Shown one piece after another: positions 24,317 to 32,837 of a stretch of DNA of 64,000 nucleotides. The notes beneath the pieces are model-generated. The model had not been told where the DNA came from and made no database searches. It was given only the letters and a program-made list of their open reading frames with translations. This DNA comes from a virus. The stretch is from positions 190,366 through 254,365 of the IMG/VR virus record IMGVR_UViG_3300045988_176431. The stretch is one strand, 5' to 3'. Position 1 is the first letter of the stretch, and each line of letters starts with the position of its first letter. Made by a program: the position numbers and the translations under genes.

Positions 24317-25378
24317 TTAAATCTTGGAATTTGCATTTTTTTTAACAGTTTCAGAGTTTGTTGTATTTTTTATAATACCATATTTATATACATCATCCTC
24401 TGCTTGATCTGCTTTCTTATGCATCTCTTTTGCATATCTTGTTGCTTCTGTAGCAACCGTCATCTCAGAAACCATATCGTCTAACATAGTATCTAATTCA
24501 AACTCAGCAGATTCTGAAACATTTTTTTGTTCCTTTCCGAATTTATCATAAGCTTTCTTTCCGCCAATTGATGCAGCAAGTCCTGCAAGAGTTACGATAG
24601 CACCAATCTTATGTTTAGAAACAACATTTACACATTTGTTATATGTTCTTGATACAAACTGTGCTGCTTTTTTATACTTTGGAACTTCTTCTAGTATTCT
24701 TCTTTTTTCTTCTTCAGCTTCCGCTAAGATCTTCTTTCTTTGAACGTCAAGTTCTTCTTTTGCAAGTTCTTTCATTTTTTTTTCATAAATATCACTTAAT
24801 TTATCAAGAATATCCCCATGAGTCTGTAATAAATCATACATTGTCGGCGATGTAGCCACTGTTTTAAGTTCACCAACAGTAATAAACTTATTGTGATTAA
24901 TATCGGATTTAAATTTTTCACAAATTCGCCCATCTTTTTTTATGCAATCATCCATGATATCTTTAGCTTCATCGAATGATTTTGCTTTTAAAATATCTTT
25001 AATCGCTTCTTGATTAAGTTTAATCTCTTCTTTCATATACTTTGATAATTGCTTTTCATTTGCATAACCTTTGTTAGCAATTTTTTCAATATCTTTAATA
25101 CCTGCTTTTGAAATCTTGTCAACTGCATGACTCAATTTCACCTGCTGAATCTTATTCTGAATAGCCTCTTTAATCTTTTTCAAAGTATTCTTAAATGCTT
25201 CAATCATTTTTTTAAAGAATTCTTTTACTTTATCTACGCCATCACTGACAGATTCTACCATATACATATCTTCGATATTAGATATATTCATCTGATCGAT
25301 CATTGCACATTCAAATGTGCCTGTAATTACATCAATTTCTTTCAATCCAGTATTTAAAAGTTTTTCATAATCTTTCAT
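24317..25378 (-). CDS. paralog-family protein
   Basis: Contains ..EDMYMVES-VSDGVDKVKEFFKKMIEAFKNTLKKIKEAIQNKI.. and the hydrophobic segment KIGAIVTLAGLAASIGGKKAY. The TAA stop is followed by a 56-codon in-frame open extension (see findings). Confidence 0.6.
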   Translation of the reverse strand: MKDYEKLLNTGLKEIDVITGTFECAMIDQMNISNIEDMYMVESVSDGVDKVKEFFKKMIEAFKNTLKKIKEAIQNKIQQVKLSHAVDKISKAGIKDIEKIANKGYANEKQLSKYMKEEIKLNQEAIKDILKAKSFDEAKDIMDDCIKKDGRICEKFKSDINHNKFITVGELKTVATSPTMYDLLQTHGDILDKLSDIYEKKMKELAKEELDVQRKKILAEAEEEKRRILEEVPKYKKAAQFVSRTYNKCVNVVSKHKIGAIVTLAGLAASIGGKKAYDKFGKEQKNVSESAEFELDTMLDDMVSEMTVATEATRYAKEMHKKADQAEDDVYKYGIIKNTTNSETVKKNANSKI

Positions 25379-25406
25379 AATTCTTTCACACTACCTTTCT
25401 TATTTT

Positions 25407-26204
25407 TTATGCAAAAAAGAAAACCACTGCCATTACAATTTTTTGCCAAAATTTTCCAAAAACAGAACTGATTTTTCGAATCACCCGTTTTATTAGTGAC
25501 ACATGTTCTTTTGCTATTTTCTCATCATCTGTTAATGAGATATTTTTTAAGTTTTTCTCCATTGTTATACCCACATTTTTAAGTTCATGAGTAATCTCTA
25601 TAAAATCTTTCTCCATCGTATTTGTACCTTTTAGATTATCCTCAACATATTTAATTGCTACATCAATTGGTACTTGGATTTTATTATGAAGAATATATTG
25701 TAATTCTTCTTCCATTTCATTTAAATCATCTTCAATACTAGAAGCAACTGCTTCTAATTTACGTTTTGATTTAAAATTTCCTCTGGATAAAGTATTTAAT
25801 TTCTTTTTTATTTTCATATAGCAAGAATCATAATATCTTACATAAGAAGGAACATCAACCATCTGGACTTTCTTTGAACCATTGGCTTTTTGTTCTTGTA
25901 AATCTTTTTTCAATTGTCTTAACTTAAAATGAACTTCTTTTTTCTTAATGAGAGAACTGACATCGTTCTTTAACTTTTTAGCAAAAGCAACGATATTATT
26001 AATCATCTTTTGAATAAAGGAAACCAGATCATTCAAAACATCATAAACAGCACCCTCAGAATAATATTCATTTTCATCAATATCATTCAAGATACTAAGT
26101 TCACCTAAAGTACAATCAAGAATTAAAGCATTCAATAATACTACCTCCTCTCTGTATTTTTTATAATTCATAAAAGATTTAATAATTATTACATTGTTTT
26201 TCAT
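25407..26204 (-). CDS. paralog-family protein (divergent)
   Basis: Contains ..NEYYSEG-AVYDVLNDLVSFIQKMINNIVAFAKKLKNDV.., with the hydrophobic segment at the extreme C-terminus (FWQKIVMAVVFFFA). Confidence 0.5.
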   Translation of the reverse strand: MKNNVIIIKSFMNYKKYREEVVLLNALILDCTLGELSILNDIDENEYYSEGAVYDVLNDLVSFIQKMINNIVAFAKKLKNDVSSLIKKKEVHFKLRQLKKDLQEQKANGSKKVQMVDVPSYVRYYDSCYMKIKKKLNTLSRGNFKSKRKLEAVASSIEDDLNEMEEELQYILHNKIQVPIDVAIKYVEDNLKGTNTMEKDFIEITHELKNVGITMEKNLKNISLTDDEKIAKEHVSLIKRVIRKISSVFGKFWQKIVMAVVFFFA

Positions 26205-26272
26205 ATATAAACTAGACAGAAAAGAATAAGTAGTAAGTATTGATATGAGCTGATATTATTAAACGGAAAAAT

Positions 26273-26304
26273 ATGTGATACACAGAAATTTCTGTGTATC
26301 ACAT
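26273..26304 (-). terminator. terminator downstream of the tRNA cluster
   Basis: Perfect 16+16 palindrome atgtgatacacagaaa/tttctgtgtatcacat. It shares the core acagaaatttctgt with the terminator at 24094. Confidence 0.8.
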
Positions 26305-26310
26305 AATTAA

Positions 26311-26398
26311 TGCCGGTGACGAGACTTGAACTCGTACGGACAACTACGTCCCCAGGATTTTAAGTCCTGTATGTCTACCACAATTCCATCACACCGGC
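26311..26398 (-). tRNA. trnL: tRNA-Leu (anticodon UAA), type II with long variable arm
   Basis: Reverse complement GCCGGTG..CAGGA-CTTAAAA-TCCTG..GGAC-GTAGTT-GTCC..ACGAG-TTCAAGT-CTCGT-CACCGGC-A folds as a cloverleaf. No CCA is encoded. Confidence 0.85.
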
Positions 26399-26433
26399 TT
26401 TCTTTTTAATTTGTTTTTTATTTATCTTATAAA

Positions 26434-26505
26434 CTGCTCAAGTAGGACTCGAACCTACAACAACACGATTAACAGTCGTGGGCTCTACCATTGAGCTATT
26501 GAGCA
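26434..26505 (-). tRNA. trnN: tRNA-Asn (anticodon GUU)
   Basis: Reverse complement TGCTCAA-TA-GCTC-AATGGTA-GAGC-C-CACGA-CTGTTAA-TCGTG-TTGTT-GTAGG-TTCGAGT-CCTAC-TTGAGCA-G. Confidence 0.85.
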
Positions 26506-26510
26506 TAAGT

Positions 26511-26631
26511 CCCCTGTTCTCGGCATATGAAACTTGTAATAATAAATTTATTTTAACATTATCAAGCCGAAAGAAGGAGTGCCGAGAATTTTAATCTTGC
26601 CGGAATATCCCGTTCAAGATTCTATCAGGGG
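26511..26631 (-). ncRNA. candidate structured small RNA embedded in the tRNA cluster (function unknown; strand assumed from context)
   Basis: Nested complementarity: cccctg (26511-16) with cagggg (26626-31); ttctcggca (26517-25) with tgccgagaa (26580-88); aatcttg (26593-99) with caagatt (26615-21). This gives a closing stem plus two hairpins in about 121 nt. No ORF and no tRNA cloverleaf. Confidence 0.35.
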
Positions 26632-26635
26632 ATAA

Positions 26636-26708
26636 TGACTCCAGGGAGATTCGAACTCCCGTTACCGCCGTGAAAGAGCGGTGTCACTAACCACTAGACC
26701 ATGGAGCC
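26636..26708 (-). tRNA. trnE: tRNA-Glu (anticodon UUC)
   Basis: Reverse complement GGCTCCA-TG-GTCTAGTGGTTAGTGAC-A-CCGCT-CTTTCAC-GGCGG-TAAC-GGGAG-TTCGAAT-CTCCC-TGGAGTC-A. Confidence 0.85.
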
Positions 26709-26732
26709 TTATTTCTTATTTGTTTTTTGCAA

Positions 26733-26806
26733 TGGATGCTCAGGGAATCGAACCCTGGACCTCTCGGTTATGAGCCGATTTCTCTAACCAACTGAGATAA
26801 GCATCC
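26733..26806 (-). tRNA. trnM: tRNA with CAU anticodon (elongator Met, or Ile2 if lysidine-modified)
   Basis: Reverse complement GGATGCT-TA-TCTC-AGTTGGTTA-GAGA-A-ATCGG-CTCATAA-CCGAG-AGGTC-CAGGG-TTCGATT-CCCTG-AGCATCC-A. The G1-C72 pair argues against an initiator. Confidence 0.8.
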
Positions 26807-26848
26807 TAAATTTAATTATTTGTTTTTCTTATTATAAATAATTATAAA

Positions 26849-26920
26849 CTGCCCTAACTGGATTCGAACCAGTAAATACACGAGTCAAAGTCATGTGCCT
26901 TACCATTTGGCGATAGGGCA
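26849..26920 (-). tRNA. trnQ: tRNA-Gln (anticodon UUG)
   Basis: Reverse complement TGCCCTA-TC-GCCAAATGGTAAGGC-A-CATGA-CTTTGAC-TCGTG-TATTT-ACTGG-TTCGAAT-CCAGT-TAGGGCA-G. Confidence 0.8.
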
Positions 26921-27073
26921 ATAATTTCCCATTTGAGAATATCTTAAATGGGAAATGTCGAAAAAAGAAGTTTTTTGAGTAAAAACACTACATTTAGTCT
27001 TGAGATTATTCCTGTCATCTCAAGACTAAATAATTGTTATGATATGAATTATTTATTATTTATACCAGAAAAA

Positions 27074-27108
27074 ATCTGGAGATAATAAATAAATTATCAT
27101 CTCCAGAT
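27074..27108 (-). terminator. terminator after gene 27120-27977
   Basis: atctggagat..atctccagat stem followed on the minus strand by a T run. Two further hairpins (26992-27030 and 26925-26955) lie between it and the tRNAs. Confidence 0.7.
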
Positions 27109-27119
27109 TCATTTTTTTA

Positions 27120-27977
27120 TTAATCAGCATTATAAGAAATTTCAATATTCTTAATTGCGTCTTTCGAACGACATGCACGAATCTTTGTTTCAATTGTCTG
27201 TTGTTTACTGATTAATGGACGAACAACTGTCTCCATCTCAAATGCAAGTTGTTTCAACTCATCAACAGTCCAATCATAAGTACATGCTTCACCTGTTGCA
27301 TTCCAAGATGGCTGATAAGATACACCTGCTTTTTCTGCCATTTCAGCAATTGCAATCATGGATACAAGATACTGCTGTTTATCTGAAGTTATCGCATAAG
27401 TTGCTTCTTTTCCACCATGACATGTAGAAGTAATTGGATTCTCTTCCAGATAAGTCTGTAAAGCTGCTTTACTTTCTTTAATCTTATATTCTTTTGCTTC
27501 TGCAAAAGTCATTGTGTCAATATTCGTATTTGGAATAATCGTTTCTACTGTTTTTTTCAGTTCTGTTGTTTCACTTTTAGCAGATTCAGATGCTGTTTTT
27601 GCATCGTTTGCCTTCTTAACAGTATCTGCTAAAGAGTTATTCCAGCTTTCAATTAATTTCTTTACATCACTTGTAAGAGCCATTGTTACAGAGAAGTTAT
27701 CTTCACTAGCATCTTCTATAAATAAGTAAGAAATTGATACTAACTTACAATAACCTGTGTATTCTCCACCTGATTTTTTATCATCTAAAATCAAACTAAC
27801 AAGTGCTGTAGCATCTTCATCGGTAAAGTCTTTTTTAATCTGCTCTAAAGAACCGGCAACATGATAAGTCATGGATGCTACATAAGTACCATCTACTAAA
27901 GAACTACCAAGTTCAGGGTTCTTTAATGCTGTATATTCCGAACCATTTGCTAATAAAAGTTTCATGATAATATACAC
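27120..27977 (-). CDS. fibre-associated protein with DUF4376-like C-terminal domain
   Basis: C-terminal ..ATYAITSDKQQYLVSMIAIAEMAEKAGVSYQPSWNATGEACTYDWTVDELKQLAFEMETVVRPL... The N-terminus resembles the small fibre-module proteins. ATG 27965 (MKLLLANG) is likelier than the tool's GTG 27977. Confidence 0.4.
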   Translation of the reverse strand: MYIIMKLLLANGSEYTALKNPELGSSLVDGTYVASMTYHVAGSLEQIKKDFTDEDATALVSLILDDKKSGGEYTGYCKLVSISYLFIEDASEDNFSVTMALTSDVKKLIESWNNSLADTVKKANDAKTASESAKSETTELKKTVETIIPNTNIDTMTFAEAKEYKIKESKAALQTYLEENPITSTCHGGKEATYAITSDKQQYLVSMIAIAEMAEKAGVSYQPSWNATGEACTYDWTVDELKQLAFEMETVVRPLISKQQTIETKIRACRSKDAIKNIEISYNAD

Positions 27978-28273
27978 ATCCTTTCAATTATTTTATATTA
28001 GAGAATTGTTTTTTACATACTATCTCGGATTTATTACATTGTTTTTTCTATAAAATAAACATCGAATAAAAATATTGAATTATATTAAAATAAATTCATA
28101 AACTTATAATTAATGAGTTTTGCTCATTTACAGAATCCTTTATTTAAATTCGTTCGTATTGTTCGTAGAAAAAGAGATATGTGAAATAAATCACATATCT
28201 CTTTTTTCGTCTTTTTAGCTTTATATTTTCTTTTTCACATATAATTTAAATGATTAAGAAAGGATTTAAAAAG

Positions 28274-29464
28274 ATGAGAAAAGGACTTTTAATTGCAGAT
28301 TTGCATATAAAAGCTCAAGATTATATGCAAACGTATAAAGAATATAAATTTTTAGAAAAGTACTTAGAAAATAAAACCTATGATTTTTGTATCATACTAG
28401 GTGACTTTTTTGATAGGAAGATTTATTCTTATGAAGATTATATTCAATTATCTTATAAGTATATGATTCTTCTTATGTCACATTGTAAAAAGATTCGTGT
28501 CGTTTATGGAACGCGTTCTCATGAAAATGATCAATACAATATCTTTGATATGGCAACAAAAGATATTTATAAATTAGCACCAAGTTCTTTTTCTATTGAT
28601 TACAAGGTAATTAAACATGTGGAAGAAGAAGAACTCTTTCCAGATATGAATGTTTTATATGTTCCAGAAGAATATATTTTAGATAAGAAAGAATATTATT
28701 CTTCTTATCTAGGTACTAAAAAATATGATTATATTTTTGGACATGGTGTAATCCAAGAGGTTATGAGTAATGCTGTACGACATAGTGATAAAAAAACAAA
28801 TAAAATAAAAAATCATAAAAAACCACCAGTGTTTACCACTGCTGAGTTAAAAGAATCTTGTAAAGGACAAACTTTTTTTGGTCATTACCATATTCATACA
28901 AATATCGATAACAAGATTTTTTATGTTGGTAGTTTCTCAAGATTTTGCTTTGGGGAAGAAGAATCAAAAGGATTTTATGAGATTCAAACTGATGGAAAAA
29001 ATTATGAAAGTAATTTTGTAAAAAATTTAGAAGCAAGAACTTTTATTACGAAACGATATGGATATAAGGATAAAATATTCTCTTCTGAAGAGAATTTAAT
29101 GAAAGAAATCAACAGTATTCAAAAAAGAAAAGAAGTTGCTGGAATTGATTATTTACGACTTGTTTTTAATATACCAGAAGATTATGAAAACTCAGAATTT
29201 ATGATAAATTTATTAAATGAGAAATTTAAATTTTCTGATGATATTAAGATTGAAGTAGTAAATGGCTATATTGAAAAGAAACGACAAGCAAACAAAGAAC
29301 AAGTAAAAGAAATCTTTAAAAACTATGATATCATTTTTGAAAAAGATATTCCTTTAGAGAATAAGATTTCTTATTTTATAAAAGAAAAAAATGAAAAAGA
29401 AATCATACCAGAAAATGTAAAGAAATATTTAAGTTTTAAAGCAATTGAATTATTAAAAGATTAA
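28274..29464 (+). CDS. SbcD/Mre11-like (T4 gp47-like) metallophosphoesterase nuclease subunit
   Basis: Motifs seen: LLIADLHIK, ILGDFFDR, GTRSHEND, FGHGV, FGHYHIH. The start is moved to ATG 28274 (GAAAGGA plus 9 nt); the ORF track starts at 28250. Confidence 0.55.
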   Translation: MRKGLLIADLHIKAQDYMQTYKEYKFLEKYLENKTYDFCIILGDFFDRKIYSYEDYIQLSYKYMILLMSHCKKIRVVYGTRSHENDQYNIFDMATKDIYKLAPSSFSIDYKVIKHVEEEELFPDMNVLYVPEEYILDKKEYYSSYLGTKKYDYIFGHGVIQEVMSNAVRHSDKKTNKIKNHKKPPVFTTAELKESCKGQTFFGHYHIHTNIDNKIFYVGSFSRFCFGEEESKGFYEIQTDGKNYESNFVKNLEARTFITKRYGYKDKIFSSEENLMKEINSIQKRKEVAGIDYLRLVFNIPEDYENSEFMINLLNEKFKFSDDIKIEVVNGYIEKKRQANKEQVKEIFKNYDIIFEKDIPLENKISYFIKEKNEKEIIPENVKKYLSFKAIELLKD

Positions 29465-29491
29465 ATATGAAAAAATGAAAGGAGATACAAA

Positions 29492-30205
29492 ATGATACAA
29501 ATTAAATTTGAATCTAATAATAAAATAAAGAATTTAGTTCTTAAAAATTTAATTGATGATTCCCATAATAATAGTGAATACTCGTATCGAGCTATTAGAA
29601 CGAAATGTTTAGAGTTAGCATCAACCCGATATGAACATTGTGTTATGGTTTCCATGATATGTGAAAGCTTATTAAAAAAATATTTCGAATTATTAGAAAA
29701 TCCATCAAATGAAGAATTATCAAAAAAAGAAGAAAAACAATTGATATCGTTGGCAGATCATGATGCTTTTAATTATGTATCAATTATGGGTATCATACAC
29801 GATATGTATAAATTAAACGAAAAATATGCTAAAAAACATGGAAAAGCTGCAGCATTGTGGTTCAGATGCTATATAAAAAAGAGTCATATACCATTCAAAA
29901 AAGAAATGAAAGATATTCATAAAGCAATTAAGTACCATTCAAATAAAAAGAAATTAACTAATAATATCTTTTATAAAATATTATGTGATGCAGATATACT
30001 TTCAAAGTTTACACCGCAAACTGTTTATAAATATCGAAAAGAAAATGAAATATTTTATTTTGTTACTAATGAAGAAGTTATTAATGAAATGCTTGAAAAA
30101 GAAAATTATTTTGGAAAAACATTATTCTTTTATGATGAATTACATTCTATAACAAAACTCATGATACAAAGTGATAGAGATTTAAAAGATAGTGGATGTT
30201 TATAA
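29492..30205 (+). CDS. HD-domain phosphohydrolase
   Basis: Contains ..RYEHCVMVS.., IMGIIHDMYK (the HD motif), and ..LCDADILSKF... Confidence 0.5.
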   Translation: MIQIKFESNNKIKNLVLKNLIDDSHNNSEYSYRAIRTKCLELASTRYEHCVMVSMICESLLKKYFELLENPSNEELSKKEEKQLISLADHDAFNYVSIMGIIHDMYKLNEKYAKKHGKAAALWFRCYIKKSHIPFKKEMKDIHKAIKYHSNKKKLTNNIFYKILCDADILSKFTPQTVYKYRKENEIFYFVTNEEVINEMLEKENYFGKTLFFYDELHSITKLMIQSDRDLKDSGCL

Positions 30206-30217
30206 TAATTTACAGAT

Positions 30218-30256
30218 AAGTCTAAGTATACATTTTATTAATGTATACTTAGACTT
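30218..30256 (+). terminator. hairpin terminator
   Basis: aagtctaagtatacatt/aatgtatacttagactt 17-bp stem after the HD gene. Confidence 0.7.
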
Positions 30257-30273
30257 TGTGAGGTGAATTAAAT

Positions 30274-30714
30274 ATGTTAAAAGAACAACGAAAAGATATA
30301 TTATTTGATTTATATACAGAATCAACACATAATAGAAAATTCAATATATTTAGTATAGATTCAAAAAATTTAAATGGAAAAACTGATAAAATATCAATAT
30401 ACAATAATAATCGGTTAACTATATATGATTTAGACTATCGTACTGGTGGTTATAAAGGTTACAGATCAATCAATATAGCATTAAATGCAAGTAAAATACC
30501 AAAAGGAAAATTAGCATATGTACATACATTCATAGATGTAACAGATTATGAGGAAGAAAGAAATAAAATAAATAAAGATAATGATACAAGTAAAGTAAAG
30601 AATTACTATATTCATTGTCAAATAGAATACAAATGTATTGGAAAAATACTAATAACTGAACCAGATAATAATGAAGATAGAGTTGGTTACGAATGGATTG
30701 AACGATACAATTAA
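30274..30714 (+). CDS. hypothetical protein
   Basis: 146-aa ORF after GTGAGGTGA. No motif recognised. Confidence 0.5.
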   Translation: MLKEQRKDILFDLYTESTHNRKFNIFSIDSKNLNGKTDKISIYNNNRLTIYDLDYRTGGYKGYRSINIALNASKIPKGKLAYVHTFIDVTDYEEERNKINKDNDTSKVKNYYIHCQIEYKCIGKILITEPDNNEDRVGYEWIERYN

Positions 30715-30754
30715 TAGATATGGTCTATGAATAATTATTCATAGACCATATCTA
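30715..30754 (+). terminator. rho-independent terminator
   Basis: Perfect 20+20 palindrome tagatatggtctatgaataa/ttattcatagaccatatcta followed by a T-rich tail. Confidence 0.85.
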
Positions 30755-30908
30755 GTTTTCTATACTTAGTTTTATTTATATATTATTTTTTTGTGATTCT
30801 TATCTAATACCAATGAATAGATTTCTAGTATTACAAAGAACACATTAATAATTTTGATTTTGGGAAACAACAAGAAGATCAGAAAGAACAGAAAGGAAGT
30901 GATAGGTC

Positions 30909-31967
30909 ATGCAAACAACCTCAAATGGTTATTTCGACATAACTATCAGGAACAAGTATGATTCGGTGACTACAAAAAGAAAGGGGAGAAAAGAAAAATT
31001 CATGTCTTTTATTATGTCATGTATTCTTTGTAGTTCACTTATGATATTTTCTAGTAGTGTTTCTTCATCATCAGAAGTTGCATCAGAAGATATTAAAGGG
31101 AAAAGCGAAGTTTTTCCAACGTCAACTCCAGAAGCAAAACGTAACAGAAAAGCTATTTCTGTTGCGAGTACGACATCAAAAGTTGATAAGCATGAAATTC
31201 AGATAAATAATTACTCATCTGTAAAATATTTGAATCATGCAAAAATAGTAAGCGTAACCAATAAATCTTCCGAAAATCAAAATGTTAGTACAAGTGGTTC
31301 AGCAGTTAGTGTTACAGGAAGTGCAATTTCTGTAACTGGTAGTGCAGTATCTGTTAGTGGTTCTGCAGTTACTACTAATTCAACTTTTATTGGACCATTC
31401 AACAAAGTAACTGTTAATCAATCTGAGGTAAATGATCGTGAAGTTATACTTACTCCTTCACCAGAACCATCTCAGAAACCAAAAACGAAAGAAGTGAAAA
31501 AAGAAAAGAAAAAGAAGAGCAAAAAAAGAATGAAATTAAATGTCAATACAGGATTGACAGGAAAAATGAAAATGCGTGCTGATATTATTGCGAATATCTG
31601 TTTAAATAACTGGGATGACTATGGTGTTCTACCATCGGTAGCAATTGGGCAGGCATTTGTAGAAAGTACAATCGGCAAACATTGTAGAGGATATAATCTC
31701 TGGGGGATTAATTCAGGAAGGGGCTATAATTATAGCTCACTAAGGGAAGGTACATTTGCGTACTTAAAGGTAATCAATAATGGTTATTATAAAAAAGCAC
31801 CATTTACAAAGAGTAGTCGATTACAAATTCGTCGTATCTTAAATGGTGGTTATTGTGTTCCTGAAGGTGATTATTATTCAAACTTTACTTGGGCATTAAA
31901 TCGGTATAACTTAGAAGAGTATGACCGACAAATGTTTGAAATCCTGAAAAATAGGGACAAAAAGTAA
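30909..31967 (+). CDS. membrane-anchored/secreted N-acetylglucosaminidase-like peptidoglycan hydrolase
   Basis: Hydrophobic N-terminal segment MSFIMSCILCSSLMIFSSSVSS. The C-terminal DDYGVLPSVAIGQAFVESTIGKHCRGYNLWGINS matches the glucosaminidase (LytD/FlgJ-type) motif. The start could be ATG 30909 or ATG 31002. Confidence 0.55.
   Translation: MQTTSNGYFDITIRNKYDSVTTKRKGRKEKFMSFIMSCILCSSLMIFSSSVSSSSEVASEDIKGKSEVFPTSTPEAKRNRKAISVASTTSKVDKHEIQINNYSSVKYLNHAKIVSVTNKSSENQNVSTSGSAVSVTGSAISVTGSAVSVSGSAVTTNSTFIGPFNKVTVNQSEVNDREVILTPSPEPSQKPKTKEVKKEKKKKSKKRMKLNVNTGLTGKMKMRADIIANICLNNWDDYGVLPSVAIGQAFVESTIGKHCRGYNLWGINSGRGYNYSSLREGTFAYLKVINNGYYKKAPFTKSSRLQIRRILNGGYCVPEGDYYSNFTWALNRYNLEEYDRQMFEILKNRDKK
31296..31379 (+). 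repeat. 4 x 21-nt tandem repeat (heptapeptide G-S-A-[VI]-S-V-[TS])
   Basis: Protein SGSAVSVTGSAISVTGSAVSVSGSAVTT. The DNA units are synonymous-diverged copies of ggtNNNgcaNttNNtgtNaNN. Confidence 0.8.
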
Positions 31968-32106
31968 ATATAAGAATAGATATAGATTTTTATTTAGATT
32001 CATACTTTAAATTAAGTATTTAACTATATATTATTATTAGGTATGATAATGATAGCTCAAGTCTATCTTTATTATCATATAAAATATTTTTAAGGAGGTC
32101 CTAACT

Positions 32107-32790
32107 ATGATGAAAGTTAGAAGCGGCGTTCAAGCGTCTGAAGACAGAGTAGAATACTCAATTACAACCACATTAGCAAAAGAGTACTTGCAGAATAAAT
32201 TTAATCTGCTTACAAGTACAGCAAAGAAAAAGGGATTAAATATCCCAGAAATTGACATTATGATGTACAATGAGAAACTTGGAAAGAATTTCATTCCATT
32301 CTTCTTGATTCTTCCAGAATCTGTTCTGGTATCAAACAAAAAAGATGATGAGATTCCAAGTATCTTTAAATCAGAAAATACAGATCATGCAAGACTTCAT
32401 ACTCCATTCTATGAGCTTCTGAAAACGTATACGTTTAATAAAGATGATAAACGTGCATTTAGAGCACCTGAATGGAAACGTCGTGCAGGTATTCAGTCCG
32501 GTAAAAACATCGGAACATTACTTAAGTATTCAACACCAAAGATTGAGAACTTTGGTGATGCTGGAAGAAAAGTAATCGTATTGATTGATCCGATTCGTTT
32601 ATTCCATGATATGCTTACTGATGATTCTGCAAGAAAGCAGAGATTTGAAGTTAATATTGACCGTTGGAAAGAGATTGACCGTGCAACGGGAACTTGGAAC
32701 TTCATTGTAAATCGTGTCATCGTTCGTAATAAACACGACAATGATAACGAAATCTATGCAAAGATGTTGCGTAGAATTAATGAACATTAA
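32107..32790 (+). CDS. hypothetical protein, apparently monocistronic and strongly signalled
   Basis: A strong RBS (TAAGGAGGT) lies 7 nt before the ATG, with its own terminator directly after. 227 aa, basic. Its codon composition looks visibly less AT-skewed than its neighbours. Confidence 0.6.
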   Translation: MMKVRSGVQASEDRVEYSITTTLAKEYLQNKFNLLTSTAKKKGLNIPEIDIMMYNEKLGKNFIPFFLILPESVLVSNKKDDEIPSIFKSENTDHARLHTPFYELLKTYTFNKDDKRAFRAPEWKRRAGIQSGKNIGTLLKYSTPKIENFGDAGRKVIVLIDPIRLFHDMLTDDSARKQRFEVNIDRWKEIDRATGTWNFIVNRVIVRNKHDNDNEIYAKMLRRINEH

Positions 32791-32803
32791 AATGATAATG
32801 TTT

Positions 32804-32837
32804 AATAATGCGTATGGTTTATTCCATACGCATTATT
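32804..32837 (+). terminator. rho-independent terminator
   Basis: aataatgcgtatgg/ccatacgcattatt stem plus a T7 run. Confidence 0.85.

Noticed and set aside
26506-26635. The structured spacer considered as an intron-containing or aberrant tRNA, a tmRNA or a group I intron fragment.
   Set aside because: It has no acceptor stem or T-arm (no GTTCGAATC-like box), no tag ORF or tRNA-like domain, and it is far too short for a group I core. It is retained only as an unclassified structured-RNA candidate.
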